DNA from: an uncultured cyanobacterium
GTDB taxonomy: Bacteria; Cyanobacteriota; Cyanobacteriia; CAKZMO01
Assembly: GCA_963719515.1 (NCBI GenBank)
Contig: CAVRCJ010000003.1
Span: forward strand, 128,001 to 192,000
Direction of reading: 5' to 3'
Length of the DNA: 64,000 bases
Shown: positions 20,988 to 30,860 of the stretch, piece by piece
How the letters are laid out: each line of letters begins with the position of its first letter
How positions within the stretch are numbered: the stretch's first letter is position 1
Position numbers and translations under genes: made by a program
The notes under the pieces: model-generated
What the model was told of the DNA's origin: nothing
The model's input: only the letters and a program-made list of their open reading frames with translations
The model's database searches: none

Positions 20988-21422
20988 ATGGCTATTTACA
21001 AAAGGCAGCTACGGGCTTTGCCCGCAGTTCTGGCCTGCCTACTCTTGTTGGGAGGCTGCACCTCTATAGAAGCGGATAGGCGCGCTAATCCAAGCAGAGA
21101 GCAGCCAGTAGCGATCGCCGAATCGTCAGGTTCGCACATGAATGGGGCGGACTCCGATACGGCTAGGTTACCGGCTCAGCTGCGCGATCGTCTCCTCCAT
21201 GAGGCTGCGCAGGATCTGTCTGTCCCCAAGGGCCAAGTCCAAATCCAGGGTGCTTGGCGCAGGACATGGCCTAACGGCTGCCTCGGGCTACCGCAGCCCG
21301 ATGAATTCTGCAGCATGGCGCTCGTCGAGGGCTGGCTTGCTGAGGTTATTGGGGGAGAGGAAACTGCAGCCTACCGCATTGACGCCACCGGGCTGCAGGT
21401 TCGTCGCGATCGCCAGCCCTAA
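20988..21422 (+). CDS. Hypothetical lipoprotein
   Basis: Lipobox-like LLLLGGC; motif TWPNGCLGLPQPDEFCSMALVEGW. Confidence 0.65.
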   Translation: MAIYKRQLRALPAVLACLLLLGGCTSIEADRRANPSREQPVAIAESSGSHMNGADSDTARLPAQLRDRLLHEAAQDLSVPKGQVQIQGAWRRTWPNGCLGLPQPDEFCSMALVEGWLAEVIGGEETAAYRIDATGLQVRRDRQP

Positions 21423-21466
21423 GCGATCGCTTAGGGCCCCACCTCTTTTCGGCTCTATTTCTAGGG

Positions 21467-22258
21467 CTACCCCCCCGGAACGCGTTCGATTTGGGCATAG
21501 CCGCTAAATAGCAGCTGCTTTCCGCGAGTTTCCAGCCGGTTGATGCGCATCAGAACGCCGTCAAGGTCAAACCGATCGAGGTCTACCATGCCGTTTAGGA
21601 TTTCGGCAAAGGCATCGGAAACAATTTTGGATAACCCTTGAACATCCTCAGGAATAGCGTCCGGAACAAATTCAGCATCTTGAAACAGCACGCGACGACG
21701 CTTCTCCACTGCCAGAGTTGCCCGCAGACTAACCGGCAGATCTTTGCGGTTAGGAAGATCGGTTTTTGCCAAAATCATCACCCTGTTGTTGGGCTCTAGC
21801 ATCACCGTGACTGCTCTGAAGGAAACAGGTTCACCTCCCGAGAGATTAGTCAGTGACTCGATGTCAACGTTTTGCATACGCTGCTCTACAAGCTCGGCCT
21901 CGAAGGCCTGGTTGATGGCCTCCTCCGTGAGGACGACTTGAGCAACAGCCTGGGTCGGCTGCCGCAGGCGCAGCTTACCTCCCAGCATCGCCCTAACGTC
22001 TAGCGCGACCGCATCTGTCTCAAATGACATTTCATCCACCTTAAAGTCGCGGCGAATGACTAGCCGTTGCCCGCTCATCTTAAAGCTGTCTACGCTTCCC
22101 TGAAGAAGCTTGCTCGACGGAGAGCAGCGAATGGCGACGTCGACAGACTCGCTAGACGTAAATAGATGTCGGATGGTCTGACTGGCGACCGTATTGAGCA
22201 TACGTTCACCGAAGTCTCCCCCTGACTGATTTCCTAGGCCCGTAAGACCTCCTAGCAT
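21467..22258 (-). CDS. DUF2993 / LmeA-like protein
   Basis: SSKLLQGSVDSFKMSG and QAVAQVVLTEEAINQAF motifs. Confidence 0.75.
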   Translation of the reverse strand: MLGGLTGLGNQSGGDFGERMLNTVASQTIRHLFTSSESVDVAIRCSPSSKLLQGSVDSFKMSGQRLVIRRDFKVDEMSFETDAVALDVRAMLGGKLRLRQPTQAVAQVVLTEEAINQAFEAELVEQRMQNVDIESLTNLSGGEPVSFRAVTVMLEPNNRVMILAKTDLPNRKDLPVSLRATLAVEKRRRVLFQDAEFVPDAIPEDVQGLSKIVSDAFAEILNGMVDLDRFDLDGVLMRINRLETRGKQLLFSGYAQIERVPGG

Positions 22259-22464
22259 ATGGCGTCCGGTCCTTTTCTAGCTTGCCTTATTTGTAACAAA
22301 TGGTTAAGCAAAACGACAACAGTTATAGGATTTTAGTATACATACCATAACATTGGCTAATTTTTATTAACAACAAATTGACAATAAGGCTCTCGTTTGC
22401 TATGTAAATTGTTCAGCTTCACTCTACCACGCTCACGACACAACACTCTATCCCCTTTGTGCTT

Positions 22465-23064
22465 ATGTCAACTCAGCTATCGGCAGTCATTTTAGCGGGA
22501 GGGCAAAGCTTACGTATGGGCCGTGACAAAGCTCTATTAACGTTTGAAGGACAGCCGCTCATTCGCCACGTCTACGATACCGCAGCGGCCTGTAGCGATC
22601 GCGTGGTGGTGGTGACGCCCTGGCCCGATCGCTACCGTCTTAGCCTTCCTGCAGCCTGTCGCTATGCAGAAGAGCCCTTTTGCGATCGCCCCCAAGGCCC
22701 TTTAGTTGGATTTTGCTATGGGTTGGGCGCAGTCGATACCGAGTGGGTGCTGCTGTTGGCCTGCGATTTGCCCCATCTGTGCGCCAGTACCCTACAGGTT
22801 TGGGCAGATTTACTCGCTGCGCTTCCGGCGCAGACCGTGGCGCTCCTGCCCCGCTCAGACCGGTGGGAGCCGCTGTGCGGCTTTTACCGCAGCCGCAGCC
22901 GTCAGTCCCTTAGCCGCTTTATCGACGCGGGGGGACGGTCTTTCCAGCAGTGGCTGAGCCAGCAGCAGGTTTGTCCTATTGCGCTGCAGGAGGCGCAGGC
23001 AAAGCTGCTGTACAACTGCAACACACCGGAGGATTGGTCTGAGGTTTCTCAAGATGCCCTATAG
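22465..23064 (+). CDS. mobA: Molybdenum cofactor guanylyltransferase
   Basis: ILAGGQSLRMGRDKA, GPLVG, LLACDLP, NCNTPED. Confidence 0.92.
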   Translation: MSTQLSAVILAGGQSLRMGRDKALLTFEGQPLIRHVYDTAAACSDRVVVVTPWPDRYRLSLPAACRYAEEPFCDRPQGPLVGFCYGLGAVDTEWVLLLACDLPHLCASTLQVWADLLAALPAQTVALLPRSDRWEPLCGFYRSRSRQSLSRFIDAGGRSFQQWLSQQQVCPIALQEAQAKLLYNCNTPEDWSEVSQDAL

Positions 23065-23079
23065 GACTCTGGTGACCCG

Positions 23080-24123
23080 CTAGGCTTTGGCGATCGCCTT
23101 TTGAAGCGTCGTCAGCGACTGGGCAGCTTGTCCCGTCTCTAAAAAGGCTCGGGCCTGTTCAATGCCCTCTTCTAGAGTCTCTGCGCGGCCATTCTGCCAC
23201 AGATGAAACCCGCCATTCCAGATGGTGGCGGTGGCCAGCTCGTTGGCCTTGCCGTCGAGCACCTCGACCATATCCCTCTTAAGCTGTTCGGTTTCGGGTA
23301 AGGCCACTTCTGAGCCCGCCATACCGTAGTCCTGAGGGTGCAAAATTAGCCGCTCGAAGGGCTGAGAGGGCCGCTGCACTCCAATAATGCAGGCCCGATT
23401 GCGGGGGAGTTCGCAGCTGCCCTCTAGCCCTTTGATGGCCAAGTAGTCCAGCAGGCTGTGCTGCGCGAAGGTCCGCCGAGCTCGCTCCTCGGTGGGGGGA
23501 TGGACAAACCCAAACGCAACCCGCGATCGCCCCCGATAGGGAAACCACAGCAGCTCTAGGGTAGCGGTGGGGGGGCGCTTGCCGATTTGCTCCCGGTAAG
23601 TTACCAGCCCTTCTGCCAAAGGAAAATGCCGAGGCACGTAGAGGAACCCAACGTCAGCGTGCTGGAGCACTGCGTACGTCTGGTCGAGCGGCAGCGCCGT
23701 CCAATCGACCCCCAGCAGTTGCCAAACTTCACTGAGGGGAATGCCGTACTTCGTGGGCATGCGTTTGCCGCCGTGCATCAGGGTAGGGCATCCCGACGCT
23801 GCCAGGATTAAGCTCACCAGAGGGGTGACAGGAGCCGTCCGCGATCGCCCATCGTAGGGTGAATTGAGAATCAGCGGGATCTTGTCGCTGAGGGGGGCCA
23901 GCACGGGCCCTAGGGCAAAGTAAGCATCGAGCATCCCGGCGAGTTCGTCGCTGGTGGGGCGTCGGATGCGGTGGGCGATCATGAAGGCTCCGATTTGCGC
24001 CGGGGTGGCCTGCTGTTGAAGCATGAGTTCCGTCGCCGTTTTGGCTTCTTCTCGCGTGAGCACTTTCCCGGTGTGGGTTCCGCTTCCCACTTTTTTTAGC
24101 AGCTCTCGGAATAGGTCACTCAT
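23080..24123 (-). CDS. cnaT: Anthranilate phosphoribosyltransferase-like protein CnaT
   Basis: FRELLKKVGSGTHT, ATPAQIGAFMIAHRIRRP, YDGRSRT; directly downstream of the ntcB-like LysR gene. Confidence 0.75.
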   Translation of the reverse strand: MSDLFRELLKKVGSGTHTGKVLTREEAKTATELMLQQQATPAQIGAFMIAHRIRRPTSDELAGMLDAYFALGPVLAPLSDKIPLILNSPYDGRSRTAPVTPLVSLILAASGCPTLMHGGKRMPTKYGIPLSEVWQLLGVDWTALPLDQTYAVLQHADVGFLYVPRHFPLAEGLVTYREQIGKRPPTATLELLWFPYRGRSRVAFGFVHPPTEERARRTFAQHSLLDYLAIKGLEGSCELPRNRACIIGVQRPSQPFERLILHPQDYGMAGSEVALPETEQLKRDMVEVLDGKANELATATIWNGGFHLWQNGRAETLEEGIEQARAFLETGQAAQSLTTLQKAIAKA

Positions 24124-24180
24124 CGTTGTGGTTTGGCTATACGGGTTGGGGCAGGGTCTGAGCGTCGTAGGGTCTGAGCG

Positions 24181-25104
24181 CTATATTGCGGCGCCGGCTT
24201 TCAGCACCGCTGCCTGGGAGAGGTGCTGAGCCACAAGCTGACGAAAATGCTGAATCGGTGGAATCTCGAGGCGATCGCGGGTGGTCACAAACACAACCTC
24301 TCGCTGGAGTTCGGGGGCAGCGGTAGGTCGCACGACTAAACCGCTGCTGGGATGAATATCCTGCATTGCGGACAAGGGGAGTAAGGCGACGGTCTTGCCC
24401 TGGCGCACTACGCCGCGAAAGGCATCCAGCGTATTCAGCTCTAGCGCCGGCCTAAACGATAGACCTTGGCGACGAAACTGCTCTTGTACCAGCCGCTGCA
24501 TGCCATAGCCGTCTTTAAAGACAACATGGGGATAGTTTGAGAGTGAACGCCAGTCAATTTGCGCTTGTTTAGCGAGGGGATGGGTTGCGGACAGCAGCAC
24601 GTTGATAGGCTCGACATAGAGAGAGTCGATGACAATTTCAGCGCTGGCGGTCAGCAGGGGATTGTTCATGACGATGGCGACATCCACAAGTCCGTCTCGC
24701 AGAACTTTGAGGGCGCGATCGCTGCCTAAAGACGTCACTCGGAGCTGCACGTCTGGATAATCTTGGCAAAAGGTCTGTAAAATCGAGGGCAGGTAAAAAG
24801 CGCAGACTGAGTGAATCCCTGCAACGCACAGCTCGGGCTGCTTGCCGGCCTTAAAATCGGCTAGCTCTTGAGTGGCTTGAGCCCACTCCTGGCAAATCCG
24901 CCGGGCCCGGGGCAAAAATTGCTCCCCCGCTGTCGTTAGCTTTACCTGAGCGCTCCGGTGGAACAGCGGTAGCCCCAGCTCCAATTCAAGGCTTTGAATT
25001 TGACGGCTCACAGTGGACTGCGTCACGCTACAGCGCAGGGCCGCTCGCTGAAAACTTCCGACCTCCGCAACCTCCAAAAATGCATTTAGCTGCTCAAGCC
25101 GCAT
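24181..25104 (-). CDS. ntcB: LysR-family nitrate-assimilation regulator NtcB
   Basis: LysR HTH; SLGSDRALKVLRDGLVDVAIVM; FKDGYGMQRLV; NtcA promoter upstream and cnaT downstream. Confidence 0.82.
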   Translation of the reverse strand: MRLEQLNAFLEVAEVGSFQRAALRCSVTQSTVSRQIQSLELELGLPLFHRSAQVKLTTAGEQFLPRARRICQEWAQATQELADFKAGKQPELCVAGIHSVCAFYLPSILQTFCQDYPDVQLRVTSLGSDRALKVLRDGLVDVAIVMNNPLLTASAEIVIDSLYVEPINVLLSATHPLAKQAQIDWRSLSNYPHVVFKDGYGMQRLVQEQFRRQGLSFRPALELNTLDAFRGVVRQGKTVALLPLSAMQDIHPSSGLVVRPTAAPELQREVVFVTTRDRLEIPPIQHFRQLVAQHLSQAAVLKAGAAI

Positions 25105-25214
25105 AGTCTCTCTTTAAACCCCAGTGCTTTAGCTCAGTGCTGATTGCGGCAAGCCTCCAAAAACCTCAAGGGCCTTACGGAAAAGTATCAGTATAAAAAT
25201 GCTTTCAGCCTATT

Positions 25215-25256
25215 ACGCTAAGAGAAAGTGGGGTTGAGTATTGTAGTCGAGGCTAC
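25215..25256 (-). promoter_or_regulatory. Canonical NtcA-activated promoter for ntcB
   Basis: GTA-N8-TAC at 25243-25256; on the minus strand it is followed after exactly 22 nt by TAGCGT (TAN3T) at 25220-25215. Confidence 0.8.
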
Positions 25257-25301
25257 CGTTAGCAACATCAGCTGTAGCCAGCCCTCTCTACAGGCCCTGA
25301 T

Positions 25302-26654
25302 TCACGACCCCTGAGCCGACTGCTTCCAGTCCCGTAGCGCCAGGGACGCGTTGTCTTGAAGCTCCGGTGACGCCTGTGACGATGTGGCGATCGCCGCCAG
25401 CTGGCGGTAGGCCTCATCCGAACCCAGCTTGCGCAAGGCCGCCGTAACGTGAAGACGGACACCCACATCGGCCTCGCTCAGCATCGAAATCAGAGTAGAC
25501 ACGCTGTCCATTTGCCCGAGCTGCCCCAGGCTAGTGGCAATGACCTGCCGGGCGGCGCTGTTGTCCGGGCAGGTCCACGACAGCAGCAGCTTCAGCAAAC
25601 CGACGGCGGCGGGAATCAAGTCAGGAGCCTCAATGCGTCCTAGCCCGGTGGCGACATCGCCAATCCAAGGGGTCGCCGCGCCGCTGTCGTGGCTGTCGCG
25701 GCTGCTCTGCGCGTAGGCGGCGATGTACTCTATCCCCGACCTAGTTTCCGTGTGGACCAGGGCCTGAATGAGTTCCCGCCGCAGCGTTGGGGGCGTACTC
25801 TCAGAGCAAAGCGCCTCGTAGAGGAGGTCGGCAGCGCCCTTACACCTCAGCCGGCCCAGCGCCAAAATGGTGGCCCGACGGACGCTCAAGCTGATGTCCC
25901 ACAAGAGCGTACCCATTTGGGTAACTGTCGCGGCAGAGAGCGTACTGCGCCGCGACCCCAAACCGATGACGGCGGCTCGCCTCACTTCGGCTGAAACGTC
26001 ATTTAGCGCAGCGATTAAAAGGGGTTGCGCTTTGGCCTGCTGCAAATCGCCTAGGGTGGCAATCGCCAAGGCCCGGATAGTGGGGTCATTGTCGCGAGTG
26101 GCGCTGGCGATCGCCGCAGCGGCGTCGGGGTGGCGAATGCGGGCGAGCACCTGAACGGCGGCGGGTCGAGTCTGGGGCTGATCGAGCAGCTGCCTGACGG
26201 AAGCAATCGCAGGCGCGCCAATGTTTCCCAGCGCTGTCACAATAGCGGACTCAACGTCTTCCGAAGGCGATCGCTGCAGCAAGTTTACTAAGGCAGAAAT
26301 GCTCTCAGGGCGGCGAAATTCCCCCAAAATGCGCACCAGAAACCAGGGGAGGCTCCAGTCATCGTCAGTCACCTGGTCCAAGAGCGGTATCACGCCGTCA
26401 GACAAAATCGCATCGGGTTCACAGCGGGCAATGAGTTTGGCAATATCCCAGCGGGTGTGAAAGTCCCCCATCTCTAGCGTCTGCAGCGCCAAGCCTCGCC
26501 ATGCTGACGCCTCAGAAGGCGTTTGCTGGGAGGATTTTTGAAGCGACTCATGGAGATAGTGAGAGGTCAGCGTCCAGTTGGATTGTGTCGCTGCTTCCCG
26601 CGCGAGCGCCAGCAAATCCGATATCGAATTTTCAGAATTACCTGTGCGGCTCAT
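25302..26654 (-). CDS. HEAT-repeat (PBS lyase-like) protein, NirB-like by context
   Basis: Repeated VRRAAVIGLG/IRALAIATLG HEAT units; GDFHTRWDIAKL; upstream of ntcB-cnaT. Confidence 0.7.
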   Translation of the reverse strand: MSRTGNSENSISDLLALAREAATQSNWTLTSHYLHESLQKSSQQTPSEASAWRGLALQTLEMGDFHTRWDIAKLIARCEPDAILSDGVIPLLDQVTDDDWSLPWFLVRILGEFRRPESISALVNLLQRSPSEDVESAIVTALGNIGAPAIASVRQLLDQPQTRPAAVQVLARIRHPDAAAAIASATRDNDPTIRALAIATLGDLQQAKAQPLLIAALNDVSAEVRRAAVIGLGSRRSTLSAATVTQMGTLLWDISLSVRRATILALGRLRCKGAADLLYEALCSESTPPTLRRELIQALVHTETRSGIEYIAAYAQSSRDSHDSGAATPWIGDVATGLGRIEAPDLIPAAVGLLKLLLSWTCPDNSAARQVIATSLGQLGQMDSVSTLISMLSEADVGVRLHVTAALRKLGSDEAYRQLAAIATSSQASPELQDNASLALRDWKQSAQGS

Positions 26655-26783
26655 GGAATCAGCATTTTAAGGACATCACTAGTTAGGACTCATTGAATTC
26701 TTTCTGCTGCACCAGCCGCCCTGCTGCACTGATCACCCTGTTACACTGATCACCTCGTGGCAGCAATCGCTCTGTCGCAGCCA

Positions 26784-29700
26784 TCATTTCGCCGTAAGCC
26801 ACGGCACTAGCGGGTCACGGGCTAGATGCGTCGACATCTTGACAGCGCCGTAGCGATTGAGATGGCTCGGGTCAGAGAAGTATTGATGATAGTCGGGCTG
26901 CTCTAGCCAAAGGCGGCTGAGGTCCCGAAACACAAATTTATCCTGCTGAAGGGCGGTGTCGATCATGTATTGGCGGAAGGTCTGCTCGTGGCCTGAGCGA
27001 AAGGGGTCAAGATACTCTTGGGTCAGGGGCGTGTTGACAAAGATGACGGTGACGTTGTGCAGGGTCATGCTGGCAAGCAGGTTTCGCAACGCTTCAGTCT
27101 GCTCGCCTTGAAGCTGAAAGTTCGTGTAGTCTTTGTCGTAGTTGCCTGATACTCGGGCGTATTGATCGTAATAGGTTGACGGGTCGAAGCGGGCGGTGAT
27201 GGGCAAGAAGCCATTCGGCTCAATTTGCGCAAGCGCCGATGAAATGGGCACAGGATTTGTCGCATTCGATGGGGCTGAGGCGCTGCTTAGCCGGCTGTCT
27301 GAGCCTGTACCACCGTCGGAAGGGCCGCTCAGCTGGGGTGCGGAGGCCTGCCCTTCTAGCCTAGATAGGAACCCAGAAGCTGTCGCTTGGGCCGCCGAGG
27401 GATCAGACGGGGAGATCGCCCCGAACCTTTGGCCAATCCAAGCTTTGATGCGATCGCGATGACGGTGAGCGTTGGAAACTCGGCTAAGGCGATCGCTCAG
27501 CCAATCGTCGATGGCTTGGTAGCTCTCGAACAGGCGCGTGAACCAGGAGGTTGCCGCTGCGTTAGCGTCTGGTGCGGGTCGATTCCCCTCAGCAATCGCC
27601 TCGTCAAAGCCCTCGTAGAGGCGGCCTTCGGCAAGGGTCTCATATCCTTCAGAGGCAGCGATCGCCTGAAAGGTTTCGTCGACTCGTCCTCCGTTGAAAG
27701 CGCGTGTCCCATCTGCCCAAACCACGAGCTTGGGCAGGTGCTCAGGCGGCAGAATACGGCGCAGAATTAGATCGACCACTTGAGCGGTCGCCCCGTTGAC
27801 GCCAAAATTAAAAATGCTGGCGTCTGGGTACCCGAGAGCCGCAAGCTCCGTTTTGAGGACGGCAGGGTCAAGACTGCGCATAGCCCGCGAACTGCCAATA
27901 GCGATCACATCAGGTGGCCCTGCCGTTTGCAGCTGCTGATAATAGAGGGCGAGCTTGAGATCAAGCTGGGGATTATTGAAGCTTGGAAAGGGAGACTGCT
28001 CTAGCAACAGGGCCGTCACATCCTCTGTTAGAGGCTGGTCCGCCAAAATTTGAGGCTGAGTATCGCTCGCCTGTGTCAGGCTTTCGGCTGCTAGCACCCG
28101 TGAGTCAATCCACCAGCCCGTTGCGATGTCCACCTGGGTGAATAGCAGCAGCCCGACAGCGCTCCAGACGAGCGCGACCTGAAGATCGACCGGGGTGCTG
28201 CGGCCAGGACGCACTAGATCCCGGGCGCTGACGCTGGGGATAAACACCTGCGATCGCAGCATGGCGTGCCGCAGCCGCAGCCTTAAGGCCTGTAGACTTC
28301 GCTGCCCCACAACCCACAGTCTTTGGGGGGTGACTGAAGGGCTAGGAGAGAGCTCCGGCTCCGGGGAGACAAGCTCGGTGACATAGGCGTCCGTGGCGGC
28401 AAATGCAGGGGACGGCTCAGGCACAAACCGCTGGCGATCGCTAAAGTCCATCCCTGCTCGCCAGCGAGGACGGCGCTGTCCCGCCCTGCGGCCATATACG
28501 CGCACGCCGTAAATTGACTCTATGGCCAGCTGCGCCACAAGAGCCTGAACGGCCTCGGCGACAGCCGCTTTTTCTGGACAGAGCGAGCCATCACACATCA
28601 CATGCATCAGCCCGTCTTTGATTAAGGTCTGGACGCGGATACCGCCCGTAGCTAGCTGGTAGTCCAGGTCAGGGTTGAGCAGGCGGGCCAAAAGAAATCG
28701 AACTGCCGGCAGGTTACCGGCTTGGGCAAGTGTCCAGGGGCTTGGCGGTATTTTGTCCGTGGCGATCGCCCGCTGCTCTCGAAGCGCTACCTCTAGGCCC
28801 GCTAGCTCTAAGATCTGAATGCCGCGGGGGGCCAGGGTCTTTAGGTAAGGACTGAGAACATCAAGCGCTCGATTGAGCTGAGCTTGGGGGGTGAAGCGAG
28901 ACTCTCCTGGAACCGGTGGCTGATAGGTGAACCGCAGCGTTGTGCCGGTCAAGCTTCCGCCAACAATGCGTCCGAGCTGCTGTGAGTCCAGCCGGTAGTT
29001 CAGCAGGCGACCGATAGCCTCCACGTCCCCCCATCGTGCCCACCCCTGGAGGATTTCCTCCGCAGGGGTCAAATCGATCTTGAGCACCCAGTCCACGCGC
29101 TCTTCGCCGCGCACCTTGACCAGCACAACCGCATCCCGAACGCCTTCGAGGGGAAACCGACGGAGCTCGTGGGAGAGCGGCTCCGCAATCAGGCTCGGAT
29201 CGGGGCTATAGGAAGACTGACAAGCCACCCACAGTCGCTTTGCCGACGGGCCGTGGGGCTTAACGCGGATCGTAACGGCAATGCCGAGGGGACTGAGAAT
29301 TCTAGCAAGCTGCTGGGCGATCGCAGCTTTCGAGTTTTGCGGTTCGCTAGCGGGAGCTGTAAGGCTAGCCGCCCCCCCCGCCCTTCCAGTGGTAGAAAGG
29401 CGATCGTCACTGCGGACAGCCGTACGAGAGAATTCCCGAGCGGAAGACTCAGGAACAACGATATTGGCGTAGGACGCAGCCGATACGTTCGGGGTAACGG
29501 CGGTGCTCCAAGCCGGTTCGTAATCCCCCAACACGCGGCCGTAGCACCACAGCTGATAGATAGGAGGCTGCCCGGAATCAATATGATTGATGTCCTGCTG
29601 CTTTAAGAGTGAGACAACGCAGGCGATAACTGCGTCTTGCTCTGGGCAAGACGGGGCCTCACAGAGAATATGTAGGCTGTTGCCGCGCCGCCGCCACTTG

Positions 29701-29789
29701 ATAGCCGTACCGAGCGCCTTTGCTAGGGTGGCCACCCACTGATCGATGCATTGAGGTAGGTCAGCAATCGAAGTATTCGAATGGGTCAT
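26784..29789 (-). CDS. Large membrane-anchored hypothetical protein with C-terminal SGNH/DUF1574-like domain
   Basis: 1001 aa; central TM; IAIGSSRA, FNFGVNGATAQV and FSDPSHLNRYGA motifs. Confidence 0.65.
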   Translation of the reverse strand: MTHSNTSIADLPQCIDQWVATLAKALGTAIKWRRRGNSLHILCEAPSCPEQDAVIACVVSLLKQQDINHIDSGQPPIYQLWCYGRVLGDYEPAWSTAVTPNVSAASYANIVVPESSAREFSRTAVRSDDRLSTTGRAGGAASLTAPASEPQNSKAAIAQQLARILSPLGIAVTIRVKPHGPSAKRLWVACQSSYSPDPSLIAEPLSHELRRFPLEGVRDAVVLVKVRGEERVDWVLKIDLTPAEEILQGWARWGDVEAIGRLLNYRLDSQQLGRIVGGSLTGTTLRFTYQPPVPGESRFTPQAQLNRALDVLSPYLKTLAPRGIQILELAGLEVALREQRAIATDKIPPSPWTLAQAGNLPAVRFLLARLLNPDLDYQLATGGIRVQTLIKDGLMHVMCDGSLCPEKAAVAEAVQALVAQLAIESIYGVRVYGRRAGQRRPRWRAGMDFSDRQRFVPEPSPAFAATDAYVTELVSPEPELSPSPSVTPQRLWVVGQRSLQALRLRLRHAMLRSQVFIPSVSARDLVRPGRSTPVDLQVALVWSAVGLLLFTQVDIATGWWIDSRVLAAESLTQASDTQPQILADQPLTEDVTALLLEQSPFPSFNNPQLDLKLALYYQQLQTAGPPDVIAIGSSRAMRSLDPAVLKTELAALGYPDASIFNFGVNGATAQVVDLILRRILPPEHLPKLVVWADGTRAFNGGRVDETFQAIAASEGYETLAEGRLYEGFDEAIAEGNRPAPDANAAATSWFTRLFESYQAIDDWLSDRLSRVSNAHRHRDRIKAWIGQRFGAISPSDPSAAQATASGFLSRLEGQASAPQLSGPSDGGTGSDSRLSSASAPSNATNPVPISSALAQIEPNGFLPITARFDPSTYYDQYARVSGNYDKDYTNFQLQGEQTEALRNLLASMTLHNVTVIFVNTPLTQEYLDPFRSGHEQTFRQYMIDTALQQDKFVFRDLSRLWLEQPDYHQYFSDPSHLNRYGAVKMSTHLARDPLVPWLTAK

Positions 29790-30007
29790 AGTCAGTGGTG
29801 CAGTCCTGACGGGTTGTTATTGGGGCAAGTTACAGTGGCAAACTACGGCGGCGCAGATGGCGACGGTCAAGCATAGCGCCAAAACTTAGTGGCCGAGCAC
29901 TGTTGCAAATCACAGCGGTAAAAGCAGTTGCCCAAACGCCTAAGTGATGGTAGCACAGCGACATACAAGAGTCGACGCCAGCTTGAGCAGGCAGCTGAGG
30001 TAGAGAG

Positions 30008-30856
30008 TCACTGAACCGATTCGGGAACCGACTGCCTAGAGGGTAAGACCTGATCGAGGGAGTCGGAAAAAAAGAACGCCCAGACAATTAGTCCTGCAAA
30101 GGCTAAAGCGCCCAGGGCTATCAGCAGCGATGCCAGCTGAGCGCCTTGCCCTTTTGACCTAGCCGCTGCAGAGCTAAAGCGCCTTGAGAGCTGCGGCGGC
30201 TGGGCTGGTCGCCCGGGTAAGGGTTGTCGCCTTGGCGCAGGGCGCGTCGGACTAGCGGTACGCCTGGTGGTGGCGACCTGGGATGGGCCGGAGAAGGTCC
30301 GACCCGTTGCCTTTGACGCCACGCCAGCGACCATGGCCGACCGCATCGAATTAGCGCCACGCATAACCTGAAGCTTTTGCTGGACCGCCTCTGGTCTCTG
30401 GCCGCTGCGGCTCCACTCCAGCAGCGCCGTGCTAGAAATAGCAGTCAAATTGGCCGTCTGCACATCCTCAATGCGCTGAATGATGCTGCGATCGCTGGCG
30501 ACTAAAATCACCAGGCTTTGGCCGTGCTTCTGGGCCATTCCGTACGCACAGCGCGCCACAGAGAGGGCGACTCTGACGCGGCGCGTGAGGGCATGACCGG
30601 TAGAGGACTTGAGCAGCGGATGGTGGCCTGCGACCTCAGTAATTTGCCAACCGCTGCTGGCGTAGAAGCGATTGAATTCTCGGGAGACCCGCTCTAGGTC
30701 AGAGTCAGGAGAGCGATCATATAAAAATCGCATCTCTTCAAACACCGTTTGAGGAATAAAGCAGGCACCAGCACGCGAAAAACTAATCCAGTCACGGACA
30801 TCGGTCGCAGTCAGAGTACTGACGTCAAGAATTAAAAGTATGGGGGGGGCAGACAC
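30008..30856 (-). CDS. PIN-domain protein with C-terminal TM anchor
   Basis: ILLILDVSTL, IPQTVFEEM and LVASD PIN-like motifs; C-terminal hydrophobic helix. Confidence 0.65.
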   Translation of the reverse strand: MSAPPILLILDVSTLTATDVRDWISFSRAGACFIPQTVFEEMRFLYDRSPDSDLERVSREFNRFYASSGWQITEVAGHHPLLKSSTGHALTRRVRVALSVARCAYGMAQKHGQSLVILVASDRSIIQRIEDVQTANLTAISSTALLEWSRSGQRPEAVQQKLQVMRGANSMRSAMVAGVASKATGRTFSGPSQVATTRRTASPTRPAPRRQPLPGRPAQPPQLSRRFSSAAARSKGQGAQLASLLIALGALAFAGLIVWAFFFSDSLDQVLPSRQSVPESVQ

Positions 30857-30860
30857 GGGA

